Assembly: GCA_951406725.2 (NCBI GenBank)
Contig: OX597836.1
Coordinates: 41,168,001 to 41,232,000, forward strand
Reading direction: 5' to 3'
Length of the DNA: 64,000 nucleotides
From: Octopus vulgaris
Taxonomy: Eukaryota
The notes beneath the pieces were generated by a model, which made no database searches, had not been told where the DNA came from, and saw nothing but the letters and a program-made list of their open reading frames with translations. Below are positions 16,579-29,991 of the stretch, piece by piece; position 1 is the first letter of the stretch; each line of letters opens with the position of its first letter. The position numbers and the translations under genes are program-made.

Positions 16579-16616
<38 letters not shown>

Positions 16617-16622
<6 letters not shown>

Positions 16623-16826
16623 TAATCCAAACAAGAAAGCACAAAAAAACCACAACAACGCGAGGACGTGGAACAAATATAGTATTATTGGACGCTCAGG
16701 AAAGAAGGAAAGAAGGAGGGTTTAACGTTTCGAGTGGAGCTCTTCGTCGGAAACATAGGAGAAGGAAAGATCCAGAGAAGGGAAGACAGAGGGGAAAAAA
16801 TCGCCAACGGTACACACGAGGTCACA
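16617..16826 (-). mobile_element. Penelope-like short element family F with minimal hammerhead (16720-16754)
   Basis: Minus strand GTTT-CCGACGA-A-GAG ctcca CTC-GAA-ACGT-T-AAAC; second copy at 19606-19817; flanked by (TA)n and (CATA)n. Confidence 0.65.
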
Positions 16827-16827
16827 A

Positions 16828-16862
<35 letters not shown>

Positions 16863-16865
16863 TAC

Positions 16866-16945
<80 letters not shown>

Positions 16946-17004
16946 GTGGTGCCCCAGCATGGCCGCAGCCTTCGGGCTGAAACGTTTTTAAGGATTTAAG
17001 GATT

Positions 17005-17249
17005 TATATGTTGTTGTGTCTGGAGAGAGTCTTTCTCTTTTTTAATACAGTCACCGGTAAAAATTTCCACTTATTCTTTTTTTATGTTTCTAAAATTTTT
17101 CGTTGCGTCTTGCAACCTTTTCAATAGTTTTTACCGATGAGTGCGTTAAATTATAAGGCACCAAAAGAGAATTGACTCTCCCCAGACACAACAGAATATG
17201 CTTCAACACCCGAACTCACGTAAAGAATCTTGCAAACCAAATCCCAAAA

Positions 17250-17252
<3 letters not shown>
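17005..17252. mobile_element. Inverted-repeat element family H with degenerate U3-A8 hammerhead-like motif (minus, ~17090-17127)
   Basis: IR arms TGTTGTGTCTGGAGAGAGTC / GACTCTCCCCAGACACAACA; minus strand CTA-TTGAAAA-GGTTGC aagac GCAAC-GAA-AAATTT. Confidence 0.5.
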
Positions 17253-17290
<38 letters not shown>

Positions 17291-17298
<8 letters not shown>

Positions 17299-17460
17299 AC
17301 AGGGCAAAAGAAAAATTCTAATGCCAAATATGCTGAATTAGAATTTTTTCTTTTGCCCTTATATTGTAAATTATTTATAAATTTAACCTTTAAAGGTATT
17401 TTTTGATATGCTGGCCATTGATGAAATTTTTTTTCCCGAAAATTTTTTATCCTACTTTAG

Positions 17461-17462
<2 letters not shown>
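17291..17462. mobile_element. Short hairpin-plus-tail element in (TA)n; tail homologous to 61905-61985
   Basis: IR arms ~17291-17322 and ~17337-17383; (TA)n on both sides. Confidence 0.5.
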
Positions 17463-17539
<77 letters not shown>

Positions 17540-17958
17540 CATATATGTATATACATACATATATATATATATATATATACATACATATATGTATATATAT
17601 ATATATGTGTGTGTATGTATTTATATATATATAGATGGGTTCATTACTGTATGTATATACTCATACATACGGGTGTATCCCGATAGAACGTAAAAAAATG
17701 TGCTTACCGACAATAAATATATTCCCGGAACATAGCAATCGGTTACAAAATGTGATTTAGTTAGTATGTCCTGGACGGTATGTTTTCCATTACATAGTTT
17801 GTGTTTGTACACAGTCAAATATACACAAGTTACTAAACTTACCACACACACACACACACACACCAACACACACGCACACACACACATACTCACACACATA
17901 CATACACACACCCTTATCTCACCATACCATATCACACATTTATATATCTATATATGTC

Positions 17959-18004
<46 letters not shown>

Positions 18005-18066
18005 TAATCATATATATGGATGTATGTTGTTATACATACACACGCGTACATAGATTTGCATATATC

Positions 18067-18111
<45 letters not shown>

Positions 18112-18254
18112 TTGATAACGTACCCACTTACGTATATACCTATATATATGTCACACACCTGTACACCTCTGATGATGTCATCTATCCCCTCCCATTTACC
18201 GCTGGATGTCGCCAACGTCGTTACCAAAACCACCAACACCGCCCCACGAATACC

Positions 18255-18422
18255 TTTGATAATAACACCACCACCACCATACCCGCCACCACCTCCACCG
18301 CCACCACCATACCCACCACCACCACCACCACCATCACCATACCCACCAGCACCAGCACCACCATACCCATCACCCCCCACCACCACCGCCGTCGCCACCA
18401 CCGCCACTGCCGCCGTCGCCGC
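18255..18422. repeat. (CCA)n-type trinucleotide tract
   Basis: Direct reading. Confidence 0.85.
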
Positions 18423-18809
18423 AGTTCAGTTTAGTTACGTGGTAGGTCGCTGTTCGTGGTGGTGGCGAGGAGGACGATAACTGTTGGGGGATGGGGGTGG
18501 TAATGTGATATCTGCGTGTGTGTGTGTGTGCGTGCGTTTATCTGTATGCATGTGTAAGTATGTGTGTGTGAATGTTGGAGTTGGTTAAGAACGATGTGAA
18601 GACACAGTTGAGATTTCTTATCATAATTACTGATACATAACACACACGCGCACACACTTTCACACACACGCACACACCATTGCTCACACACACATATATT
18701 TATGTATATATGTATATACATGTATATATATATACGTTTATATATATATATAATTATATATACTCACGGGCGCACACATAATAATAAATATATATAAATA
18801 TACTTTTAT

Positions 18810-19150
18810 CCTTTGTAAGCCTAGTACTTATTCTATCGGTGTCTTATATCGAACCGCTAAGTTACGGGGGCGTAAACACAGCAACATCGGTTGTCAAGCG
18901 ATGTTGGGTGGACAAACACAGACACACAAACATATACACACATACATAGATACATATATGTATGTATACACACTCACACACTCACACACACACATACACA
19001 CACACATATATATATATATTCTTTCAGTTTCTGTCTACCAAGCCCTAGGCTTTACTAGAAGATACTTGTCCAAGGTGCCACGCAGTGGGACTGAACCCGG
19101 AACCATGTGTTTGGTAAACAAGCTCCTTACCAAACAGCCACTCCTGCGCC
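18810..19150 (-). mobile_element. SINE S1, 3'-truncated
   Basis: Homology to S1. Confidence 0.85.
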
Positions 19151-19161
19151 TGTGTAATATG

Positions 19162-19198
<37 letters not shown>

Positions 19199-19235
19199 TT
19201 ATATACACATATATGTATGTATATATATCCTGCAT

Positions 19236-19347
19236 TCTTCTTCTTTTCCTTCTTCTTCTTCTTCTTCTTCTTCTTCTTCTTCTTCTTCTTCTTCTTCTTC
19301 TTCTTCTTCTTCTTCTTCTTCTTCTTCTTCTTCTTCTTCCACTTCTT
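19236..19347. repeat. (CTT)n microsatellite
   Basis: Direct reading. Confidence 0.95.
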
Positions 19348-19605
19348 CTCTGCCAAGAATTCACAACGACCTCGAACCCACAAGAGTAAACAAGAGAGAC
19401 TTACAGATGAAAAAGTCTCAATGACCGAAACTGGTACTGAAATGTTTTTTATAAAATTATTTTAGCAATATATCGTATCGACCGTGTGTATCTCGTGACA
19501 TCCTTCCGGCATCGGTCGCGGATACGTCCACGTGTATGTGGGTGATACCGTGAGCTTAGGTGCGTTCTTTCGATATCGGGCACAGAACTCGCCATATATA
19601 TATAA

Positions 19606-19914
<309 letters not shown>

Positions 19915-20460
19915 AATATATATATATGCATACATATTACATGTATTTATGTGTGTCTGAATATATGCAAATGTGCATATGTATATACATGCACACATAC
20001 GTGCACATATGTATATCTTCGTTTATTCTTTTACTTGCTGGACCACCGCGTAAGAGGGATTATTTTTTTTTAAGTCGAACAAATCAACCCTGGGACTTGT
20101 TTCTTAAGCCTAATGCTAATTCTATCGGTCCGTTTTGCCATTTCACCGCTAAGTTACGGGGACGTCAGCACACCATCACCGGTTGTCAATCGGTGATGGG
20201 GGCGATAAACACAAGTACAAAGATGCACACACACGCACATATATGTACGACGGGCTTCCTTCAGTTTCCGCCTACCAAATCCACTCACAAGGCTCTGGTC
20301 GGTCCGAGTCTATAGTAGAAGACACTGGCCCAAGGTGCCACGCAGTAAGAATGAACCTGGAACCATGTGGTTGGGAAGCAAGCTTCTTACCACACACACA
20401 CACACACACACACGTACATGGATTAGCTATCTATCTACCTATCTACCTACCTTATTATTA

Positions 20461-20840
20461 GGAGCACTCCGTCAGTTACGACGATGAGGGTCCCAGCTGA
20501 TACGATCAACGGAACAGCTTGCTCGTGGAATTAACGTGCAAGTGGCTGAGCATTCCACAAACACGTGTACCCTTAAGGTAGTTCTGGAGGAGATTCAGCG
20601 TGACTCAGAGTGTGACAAGGCTGGCCCTTTGAACTACAGGTACAACAGAAACAGGAAGAAAGAGTGAGAGAAAGTTGTGATGAAGGAGTACTGCAGGGTT
20701 CACCACCACCTCCTGCAGGAGCCTTGTGAATCTTTAGGTGTTTTCGCTCAATAAACACTCACAATGCCCGGTCTGGGAATCGAAACCGCGATCCTATGAC
20801 CGCGAGTCCGCTGCTCTAGCCACTGGGCCATTGCGCCTCC
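20461..20840 (-). mobile_element. SINE S2, tail type 1
   Basis: Homology to 14638-15020. Confidence 0.9.
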
Positions 20841-20923
20841 ACCTACCTACCTACCTACCTACCTACCTACCTACCTACCTACCTATCTATCTATCTACCT
20901 ATCTATCTATCTATCTATCTATC

Positions 20924-20995
<72 letters not shown>

Positions 20996-21099
20996 ACTGA
21001 TGTCTACACACACACATATATACGTATGCACATATATCTATATGTGTACATCTGTGTGTGTATGTGCGTGTTTATATATAACGTATTCTATGCGTAATA

Positions 21100-21880
21100 T
21101 CTCTTATTATAAAAGGCAGATTTTATCTGCCTCCCTTTGTAAGTTATAGAAATCTACAATATAGGATTTCTTCATTTACAATTTACCTAGCATTTTTAAG
21201 AGTAGAATGCATCGGGTCATGCCAGGTCCAGTTTTTAAAATTTAAACTCCAATTAAGCAAAATTTACAGAAAACTCACATTCTGGTGTGTATGTCAAATG
21301 CTTTTCTTAGTCTTGTTTACAGCACACGCAAACGCACACACACAGTGTGCAACGAATAAAGTGAAACTAGATGTAATATTTGTTTCTGTCTATCATGCTG
21401 ATAGATACATGAGTAAAATGTATGGGAAGCAAACAGATAAGAGTGAGTGAAAATGTTCTTGGAAGAGAGTAAATTAGCGACAGAGTGATTTGAGGAAGAC
21501 TAAACTGAAAGTATGAAACAGTGTTTATGTATAAACAGACGACACTTATATAAACCCTTTCGTTACCAAACCGCCCGAATTTACCTCTTCATATTTAAAT
21601 GAGAATATCAGAGTAAATCTCTTTAGTACATTCGTGAAAACACGTATTATTCTTCGTAAACACTTCAAATACAGTTTTGTACAAAAATCGAAGTGTAATT
21701 TTTATTCCGTGAATTATGGGAGATTTTTTTCCGAAATTTGTTCCTATTGTGTTTTCAAAATTTGTAATTCTGACAAAAAATGGATACGAATTTCATTATA
21801 TCAAGCAGCGAGTCAGAATTCGAAGGATTTTCTACTGAAGACCTTCATAAATCTAACTCTATGACTGAAAAAAAAAAGCA
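21100..21880 (+). mobile_element. Helitron-type 5' segment (A|TCTCTTATTATAA) containing a piggyBac-like 5' end (~21552-21870)
   Basis: 5' TC after A; internal AACCCTTTCG terminus-like motif followed by MDTNFIISSSESEFEGFSTED, resembling acidic piggyBac transposase N-termini. Confidence 0.5.
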
Positions 21881-22275
21881 TCTTTATATAAGAGCGAAGT
21901 TGTGTGTCTGTCCCCTTCGATTTAGATTCGTAACTACTCCCACATTTTGCGGTGCAGTTTAACCAAAAGCGGGTATCTTATAGTCGTGATTCATATCGAG
22001 TCCTTCCGGGTATTAGCGCGCGTCTACGATGAGTCTACGATTTAAAAAAAATTTACCATCATATTTTTCCATTTTAATGCATTTTTTTCGCTTTTATATA
22101 AGGGAAGTAACTCTCTAAAAATATCTACGATGTGTCAACGATTTAAAAAAAAAATTACCTTAATTTTTTTTCAATTTTTAATGCATTTTTTTGCTATTTT
22201 TTGGCTATAACTCTCTAAAAATGCTTATATAGTTATTTCCCTTACAACCCGAGCAACGCCGGGCGATACTGCTAG
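21881..22275 (+). mobile_element. Non-autonomous Helitron
   Basis: A|TC start, CCCG-n8-CGGG hairpin, CTAG|T end; copies at 27324, 47543, 51121. Confidence 0.85.
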
Positions 22276-22527
22276 TATGGAATAAGAATATACTCAAGAC
22301 ACCCTCCTCGCCGTCTAACATGCACACAAACATATATCTGCGCTTACACAAACACACACACACACAAGCAATTACACACACACACACACGCAAATACCGA
22401 CACAATACTCTCGAAACAATTGAATTGGGTGAATAGATGAATGAACAAATAAACACAGAAGTTATTTTGAAGTGGCGCAGAGTGAGTAGGAGGTAGTGTA
22501 GTAGAAGTGGTACGAGGGGTATGGGGG

Positions 22528-22880
22528 AGAGGAATTAGAGGAGAGAATGACAGAGATAGAGATGTAGCGAGGGAGTAAGGAAAGAGCGAATGAGAGAGAG
22601 AGAGAGAGAGAGTAGAGAGAGGGGGAGTGGAGAGAGAGCGGGAAAGAGAGCTGTTGGAGGAAGGGGTGAAGAGAACAGGAATAGAGTGAACGTGAGGTGG
22701 AGTATGCGGTATGAGGCAGAGGAATTAGAGGAAAGGATGAGAGAGATAGAGATGTAGCGAGGGAGTAAGGAAAGAGCGAATGAGAGAGAGGGAGAGAGTG
22801 GGGGAGTGGAGAGAGAGAGAGAGAGAGGGAAAGAGAGCTGTTGGAGGAAGGGGTGAAAAGAACGGGAAGAGAGTGAACGA
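22528..22880. repeat. ~190-bp GA-rich tandem duplication
   Basis: GAGGAATTAGAGGA...GAGATAGAGATGTAGCGAGGGAGTAAGGAAAGAGCGAATG occurs twice. Confidence 0.75.
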
Positions 22881-22979
22881 GAGTTGGACGAGTGTATGTA
22901 AGAGTATTGGGTATTCTTGGGTTATGTGTGAGTACGGTGGACAAACCAGGAACGGAACATCTACGTGATCGTTTGACGT

Positions 22980-23380
22980 GGCGCTGGAGTGGCTGTGTGG
23001 TAAGTAGCTTGCTTACCAACCACATGGTTCCGGGTTCAGTCCACTGCGTGGCATCTTGGGCAAGTGTCTTCTACTATAGCCTTGGGCCGACCAATGCCTT
23101 GTGAGTGGATTTGGTAGACGGAAACTGAAAGAAGCCCGTCGTATATATGTATATATATGTATGTGTGTCCATGTTTGTCTCCCTAGCATTGCTTGACAAC
23201 CGATGCTGGTGTGTTTATGTCCCCGTCACTTAGCGGTTCGGCAAAAGTGGCCGATAGAATAAGTACTGGGCTTACAAAAAGAATAAGTCCCGGGATCGAG
23301 TTGCTCGATTAAAGGCGGTGCTCCAGCATGGCCGCAGTCAACTGACGGAAACAAGTAAAAGATTAAGAGTAAGAGTAAAC
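22980..23380 (+). mobile_element. SINE S1, full length
   Basis: Homology to S1. Confidence 0.9.
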
Positions 23381-23712
23381 ATTTTGCCTGGCATCCTGCC
23401 AAATGATTCAAGTAAAAGAGTAAAGAGAGAGAGTGCTAATAATGGTAGCTAAATCGTTCTCATATCAACAGCTACTGCCTTCAAAATGACAAAATCAAAT
23501 AAAGTGAGGCGACGTATATATTGGTTTCAAATTTTGGTACAAGGCCAGCGGTTTTTTCGTGTGGGCCAAGTCAATTAAATCGACCCCTGTGCTCAACTGA
23601 TACTTATTTTATCGACCCCGAAATGATGAAAGGTGGAGTCAGTCTCGATGGAATTAGAATTCCGAACGTAGAGATGGACGAAATTACCTTAAGCATTTTT
23701 CCCAGCGTGCTT

Positions 23713-24125
23713 TATTTCTTTATTGCCCACAAGGGGCTAAACATAGAGGGGACAAACAAAGATAGAGAAAGGGATTAAGTCGATTACATCGACCCAGTGT
23801 GTAACTGGTACTTAATTTATCGACCCCAAAAGGATGAAAGGCAAAGTCAACCTCGGCGGAATTTGAACTCAGAACGTAAAGACAGACGAAATACCTATTT
23901 CTTTACTACCCACAAGGGGTTAAACACAGAGAGGACAAGCAAGGACAGACAAAGGGATTAAGTCGATTATATTGATCCCAGTGCATAACTGGTACTTATT
24001 TAATCGATCCCGAAAGGATGAAAGCAAAGTTCATCTCGGCGGAATTTGAACTCAGAACGTAACGGCAGACGAAATACGGCTACACATTTTGCCCGGCGTG
24101 CTAACGTTTCTGCCAGCTCGCCGCT
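23713..24125 (-). mobile_element. SINE family S3 (head GGCGGCGAGCTGGCAGAA, Nin-like core GCCTTTCATCCTTTCGGGGTCGATAAA), head plus 2 tandem units
   Basis: ~184-bp internal unit repeated; many copies in window. Confidence 0.88.
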
Positions 24126-24214
24126 ACATGTATGTATGTATGTATGTATGTATGTATGTATGTATGTATGTATGTATGTATGTATGTATGTATGTATGTA
24201 TGTATGTATGTATG

Positions 24215-24647
<433 letters not shown>

Positions 24648-24663
24648 ATATATATATATATAT

Positions 24664-24703
<40 letters not shown>

Positions 24704-24709
24704 TGTGTG

Positions 24710-25035
24710 TAAAATATAGTGTACATTTATACACATAAGAGCAATCCACTCATCGGATTCATCACGCTAGAAAGAACAGTTAGGTTCCAAAACCACAAAA
24801 TTAGGGATAAAGTTCCGAAAGGAAACGAGATGAAAAATAAAAAAAACAACTTTTATCATCTAGTTTTGGAACCTAGCTGTTCTTTCTAGTGTGATGACTT
24901 TCATGAGTGGATTCCTCTTATGTGTATAAATGTACACTGTATTTTATGAGTAATACATAGTCTTTGGACTAAATTTTTAGACGCTAGGCCACTGGAAGTG
25001 AAAATTTCTATTAATTTCCATTTCCCTTCGATATG

Positions 25036-25040
<5 letters not shown>
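24710..25040. mobile_element. Inverted-repeat-plus-tail element ending in (TA)n, no recognisable ribozyme core
   Basis: IR arms 24710-24793 and 24863-24946. Confidence 0.6.
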
Positions 25041-25127
<87 letters not shown>

Positions 25128-25491
25128 TATAGTGATATACAGTTATAAGATCCAAGGATCTAAGTGTAGGAAGTTTGTAAGCTTCGAGAGGTCCGTGGTA
25201 GGTATACAAAAACAACGTTCAGGATCAACAATAATTTAATCGAGCAAGTTATAGGCTTTTCCCATATCGAAGTTCGATAAATTGAAAATAAATTTGTTTT
25301 ATAGCTGATGGTAGGCAACTTGAATTACTAGGAATGCGAATAAAAATCTACATTGAGGGAGTTGGGCAGGTAAAATTCAGCCTACATAGGTTTCATATCT
25401 ACCAGATCTTCTGATGTATTACGCAACATAGGGTACTCAGCTTAATTATATGAAGCTTACATTGTCCTTAAGTAATCCCAAGTTATTTGTC

Positions 25492-25532
<41 letters not shown>

Positions 25533-25664
25533 AATATAAGAGACTCTTGCGCTAAAAATAGATCCGCTATGGTATCAACCACTAAAAAATTGTTTCCAAG
25601 GAGAATCAGCACAACAGTTAACGTAAACGAGCAGAGCAAATGAAAAATAACAAAAATGTAGATT

Positions 25665-25743
25665 AACTCTAGACAATTGTTTCGCTATTAATGTATTATG
25701 CAATTTTACTTACATAACATATCCATAGGTCATCAGTAGAATT
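25665..25743 (-). ncRNA. Type I hammerhead ribozyme with long stem II (family B; element ~25531-25845 between (TA)n tracts)
   Basis: AATTCTA-CTGATGA-C CTAT...ATAG C-GAA-ACAATTGT-C-TAGAGTT; GUC site, palindromic stem III. Confidence 0.78.
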
Positions 25744-25842
25744 TGTCTTGAATACAACTTATTATACTGGTTTTTATGCGCTAAGCCACTTGGTGTTAAA
25801 TTGATGGTATTAAATTAATATACAATTTTTTCACCTTATTTT

Positions 25843-25893
<51 letters not shown>

Positions 25894-26024
25894 CTGGTTG
25901 AATACCACATAAATATGGGTATAATTCAAATTACAAATAATAAATTAAATAGAGAGATACATTTGACAATCCAATAATTTATTTATAATATAACATAATA
26001 TACTATGAATATAATATTAGATAT

Positions 26025-26370
26025 GCGGAGCGGAGACCCCCTTCGGTCATGACTGACCATGGGATTGCACCTAGGAAGTTAACCTCCCAGGCACAAGTCT
26101 GGGTAAGTATGTTTATGGAAGACCAGCAGTCGCTCATACATACCGGCCTCCCTCTCCACGCCACCAATGTTATCCAAGAGAAAGGCAAAGGGGGCGATAT
26201 AGCTTGGCACTTGTAACATCGCAACTCATTTCTACAGCTGAGTGAACTGGAGTAGCGTGAAATAAAGTGTCTTGCTCAAGAACATGACACGCAGCCCGGT
26301 CCGTGACTCGAACTCACAGCCTCATGATCGTAAGCTCGACGCTCTACCCACTGAGCCATGCATCTTCACA
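26025..26370 (-). mobile_element. tRNA-derived SINE family S4
   Basis: Head TGGCTCAGTGGGTAGAGCG / GAGTTCGAGTC; homologs at 44848-45168, 14432-14560, 15645-15850. Confidence 0.85.
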
Positions 26371-26419
26371 ATATATAAGATAAGATAACAAACAATTATT
26401 AAAAAACTAAAAAAGCCAA

Positions 26420-26495
26420 GAATTTGTTTCGACTTATATACACATTTTGGTATATAAACAATTCAATTCCCTTATATAAGTCTCATCAGAGCCAA
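26420..26495 (-). ncRNA. Hammerhead core with perfect 10-bp stem II; stems I/III unresolved (family J)
   Basis: Minus strand CTGATGA-GACTTATATA...TATATAAGTC-GAAAC. Confidence 0.55.
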
Positions 26496-26699
26496 AGGAT
26501 TCTTTGGTGGATTGAATAAATGTAAGAAAAGCAAAGTTTGAAGAGAATATTAGCCATTTTTCGCACTTTCTAGGGGCTAGCAACTAGGAAATAACAGTTG
26601 CGACCCAAGGACAAAAATCTTGTTACACAGTGGTTATATCGGAATTAATGTAAAAAAAATGGGTGTACACATACAACAAAACGGTGATTAGTCCTTGTG

Positions 26700-27290
26700 T
26701 ACATATGCATGTAGTTAAGCTTGGTGAGGAGGGTGTTTACTGGACACCCTGCGGGATGAAAAACAAAACCCGTCAAAGGGCGGAGGAACTCTTGAGGGTC
26801 AACGGCCATCCAATAAATGTGCAATTTTTTCTTCTTAAGGCTTAAGGCTGTATCATACGCGGGGACATAGAAATAATCGGACTGAATACCCGATGGCGCG
26901 GTTAAACCATTGGGAGTGAAGGACTCCTAGCCTTTGTCAGGGCATCCTTCTAGGAGAAGGTAACTCAGGTAACTGGGATAACGCCGACATAAAACCTGCG
27001 GCTCAGTGGTTACCGATGATGTTGACTTGCTCTTCTTTTCGGATTATGGCTGCTGTTGCTTAGTGAGTGGGATTGACTCAGTGCACAGTCTTTCCTCACT
27101 TTAAAAAAAAATCTTCTTGCACAGGCATTGCACGATAACAACATTGATTAAGCTTCGTGCAATGGCCATACTCGATAACGAGGGGACAACTACCATGTAT
27201 GTATGTATGTATGTATGTATGTATGTATGTATGTATGTATGTATGTATGTATGTATGTATGTATGTATGTATGTATGTATGTATGTATCT
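26700..27290 (+). mobile_element. Non-autonomous RTE-derived element (5'UTR-like part joined to RTE 3' tail and (TATG)n)
   Basis: CTAGGAGAAGGTAACTC motif resembling RTE 5' UTRs; 3' end homologous to the RTE tail at 48155-48203. Confidence 0.55.
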
Positions 27291-27323
27291 GTGCTTTTAT
27301 GTATATATGTTTGTATCAATATA

Positions 27324-27514
27324 CTAGCAGTATCGCCCGGCGTTGCTCGGGTTTGTAAGGGAAATAACTATATAAGCATTTTTAGAGAGTTATAGCCAAA
27401 AAATAGCAAAAAAATGCATTAAAATGGAAAAAATCGTTGACTCATCGTAGACATTTTTAGAGAGTTACTTCCCTTATATAATAGCGAAAAAATGCGTTAA
27501 AATGGGAAAAAAAT
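27324..27514 (-). mobile_element. Helitron 3' fragment
   Basis: CTAG end and hairpin matching 22250-22275. Confidence 0.8.
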
Positions 27515-28093
27515 GTCTTTCCTCACTTAAAAAAAATCTTCTTGCACAGGCATTTGCACGATAGCAACATTGATTAAGCTTCGTGCAATGGCCATACTCG
27601 ATAACGAGGGGACAGCCACCATTTAAGGCTACTGGTGTCGAATAAATCTACGCAAGCCGTAGTTATTTTTTTCTTAATTGCTAGATATACGAAGCATTGT
27701 CTTTGAGATACCGATATCCTCCAGTGTATTTCCTTGTCTTTGATGTACAGATATCCCGCTTCGTTAAGATTATCAGCATATATCAATTAAGCAATTACGC
27801 CAACAAAAAACAAAAAAAAACAAAAAAAAATAACAGTGACAGTAAAAAACCTACAAACACAAACACACATGCGAGCACACAAATATAAAACACACACGCT
27901 TATAAATATACGTACAAACATGCATAGACACACCCAAACACACGTATATCAAACACACACACACACACACACACACGCACGCACACACATATGTACTTGT
28001 ATGTTTCTAAATACATACCTATCTTTATATGCATGCATACATGCATACACACACACACACACACACACACATTGTATATATGTATTGTATATA

Positions 28094-28144
<51 letters not shown>

Positions 28145-28230
28145 TGCATACACATGTATATTTGTGTATATATATATTATATATATACACATACAAATCA
28201 TATACACACATACATATATATTTGTATATA

Positions 28231-28266
<36 letters not shown>

Positions 28267-28949
28267 TGTATGTATGTATGTATGTATGTATGTGTGTGTG
28301 TGTATATATATATATACATACACATATATATATATATAGACATACAGACACACATACATGCACATATACACGTATGCATGCTCACACGCACACACACGCA
28401 TACACACGCATGCGCACAGAGGAACAGAATGGTTACTGGAGAAGCCGTCTTTCATGTCGAGATTAAAAAGGTACGAAACTCAAGAAATGAAGGTCAGAAA
28501 TTCTAAACCATCTTCTTAACGTCTTCCTCTTTCTTGCACAACAGACACACGTGCACACATACACACGCACGCACTTACACACAAGTGTGTTTCACTTTAT
28601 GGTGCTAAGAGATATTAATGTGGATTCGTATGAACACAGCAGGAATATCAAAATATCAAAGAAAATCATTCGTATACACCATACATCTACATCGTATCTC
28701 TTTGCCCTGTAGTTCACATTTATTAAGTTCTCCTCTGTTGTAATTCAATTATCGTCATTAACCATCTATACAATAATAAATAAAAGCTGTTTATTAATTA
28801 GTTCGGAAGATGTGTCTTTTACTGAAAGAAAGCTATTATTAAAGTCTACATCATCTAGAAAATGTTTATAAATTGCGATTTATATATACCTCAACCCATC
28901 CGTGTTATTACTCTTTTATTCTTTTACTTGTTTCAGTAATTTGACTGCA

Positions 28950-29329
28950 CCGGTAAGCAGGGGGGGCTACCCGTTGGCAGAAAGGGGCAACGAGAACATC
29001 CCTTCCAGACGGTCACCTATTCCGATCAGCGACAACCCTAAATAGAGAGAGGACGACTTTTTTTTTTTTTGCGCAAACTGCACGTGCATTTTTCTCGCGT
29101 ACGCGTAGTATCGATCGCAACAGCTGATGTACTTGCGCGTACAAATGCACGTTCCCATGGCTTTATCGATCACATTCTCACCTAGAATCGATTTTTGTAA
29201 TTTTTTTCAAGACTTATACTCGCCCTGAAACCATCGGTATCTACATATCAAATTTGAGTGCAGTCGGATGGAGGATGCCCGAGATCCTAGAAGACACACA
29301 CACAGACAGAACGGGCTTTATATAATAGA
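28950..29329 (-). mobile_element. Helitron-like 5' fragment, second family
   Basis: Minus-strand start A|TCTATTATATAAAG followed by (TG)n; no CTAG end found. Confidence 0.45.
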
Positions 29330-29685
29330 TGTGCAGTGATGTAGGGAGCAGTGGGGCTGTGAGAGAGGCCTATTGTGCTGATTGTTTAATTAACACAGAG
29401 TTCATTACAATATGCTATTAAATATCTTGACCTCAAGAAACAGGTCACAGGTCTTATTAGCATATTATATAGACTGGTCTCATGCCTGCTGTAGTTGTTA
29501 TATTTGGAATGACATTGGTAGAGAGAGAGAGTGGAAGAGAGCGAGAGAGAGAGAGTGGAAGAGAGAGAGGGGGAGAGAGGGAGAGAGAGTGGAAGAGAGA
29601 GAGGGAGAGAGAGAGGGGGAGAGTTGGGAGAAAATGGAGGTGTTAGAGAGAATTGTATACGTAAATATATGCACACGACTCTCTC

Positions 29686-29743
<58 letters not shown>

Positions 29744-29778
29744 GCAAGTATGTATAGATGTAAATATGCATACATACA

Positions 29779-29899
<121 letters not shown>

Positions 29900-29909
29900 G
29901 TCTATCTAT

Positions 29910-29991
<82 letters not shown>

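Noticed and set aside
17962-18480. Proline-rich extensin-like or glycine-rich ORF
   Set aside because: Derived from a (CCA)n tract between microsatellites; no splice or domain support
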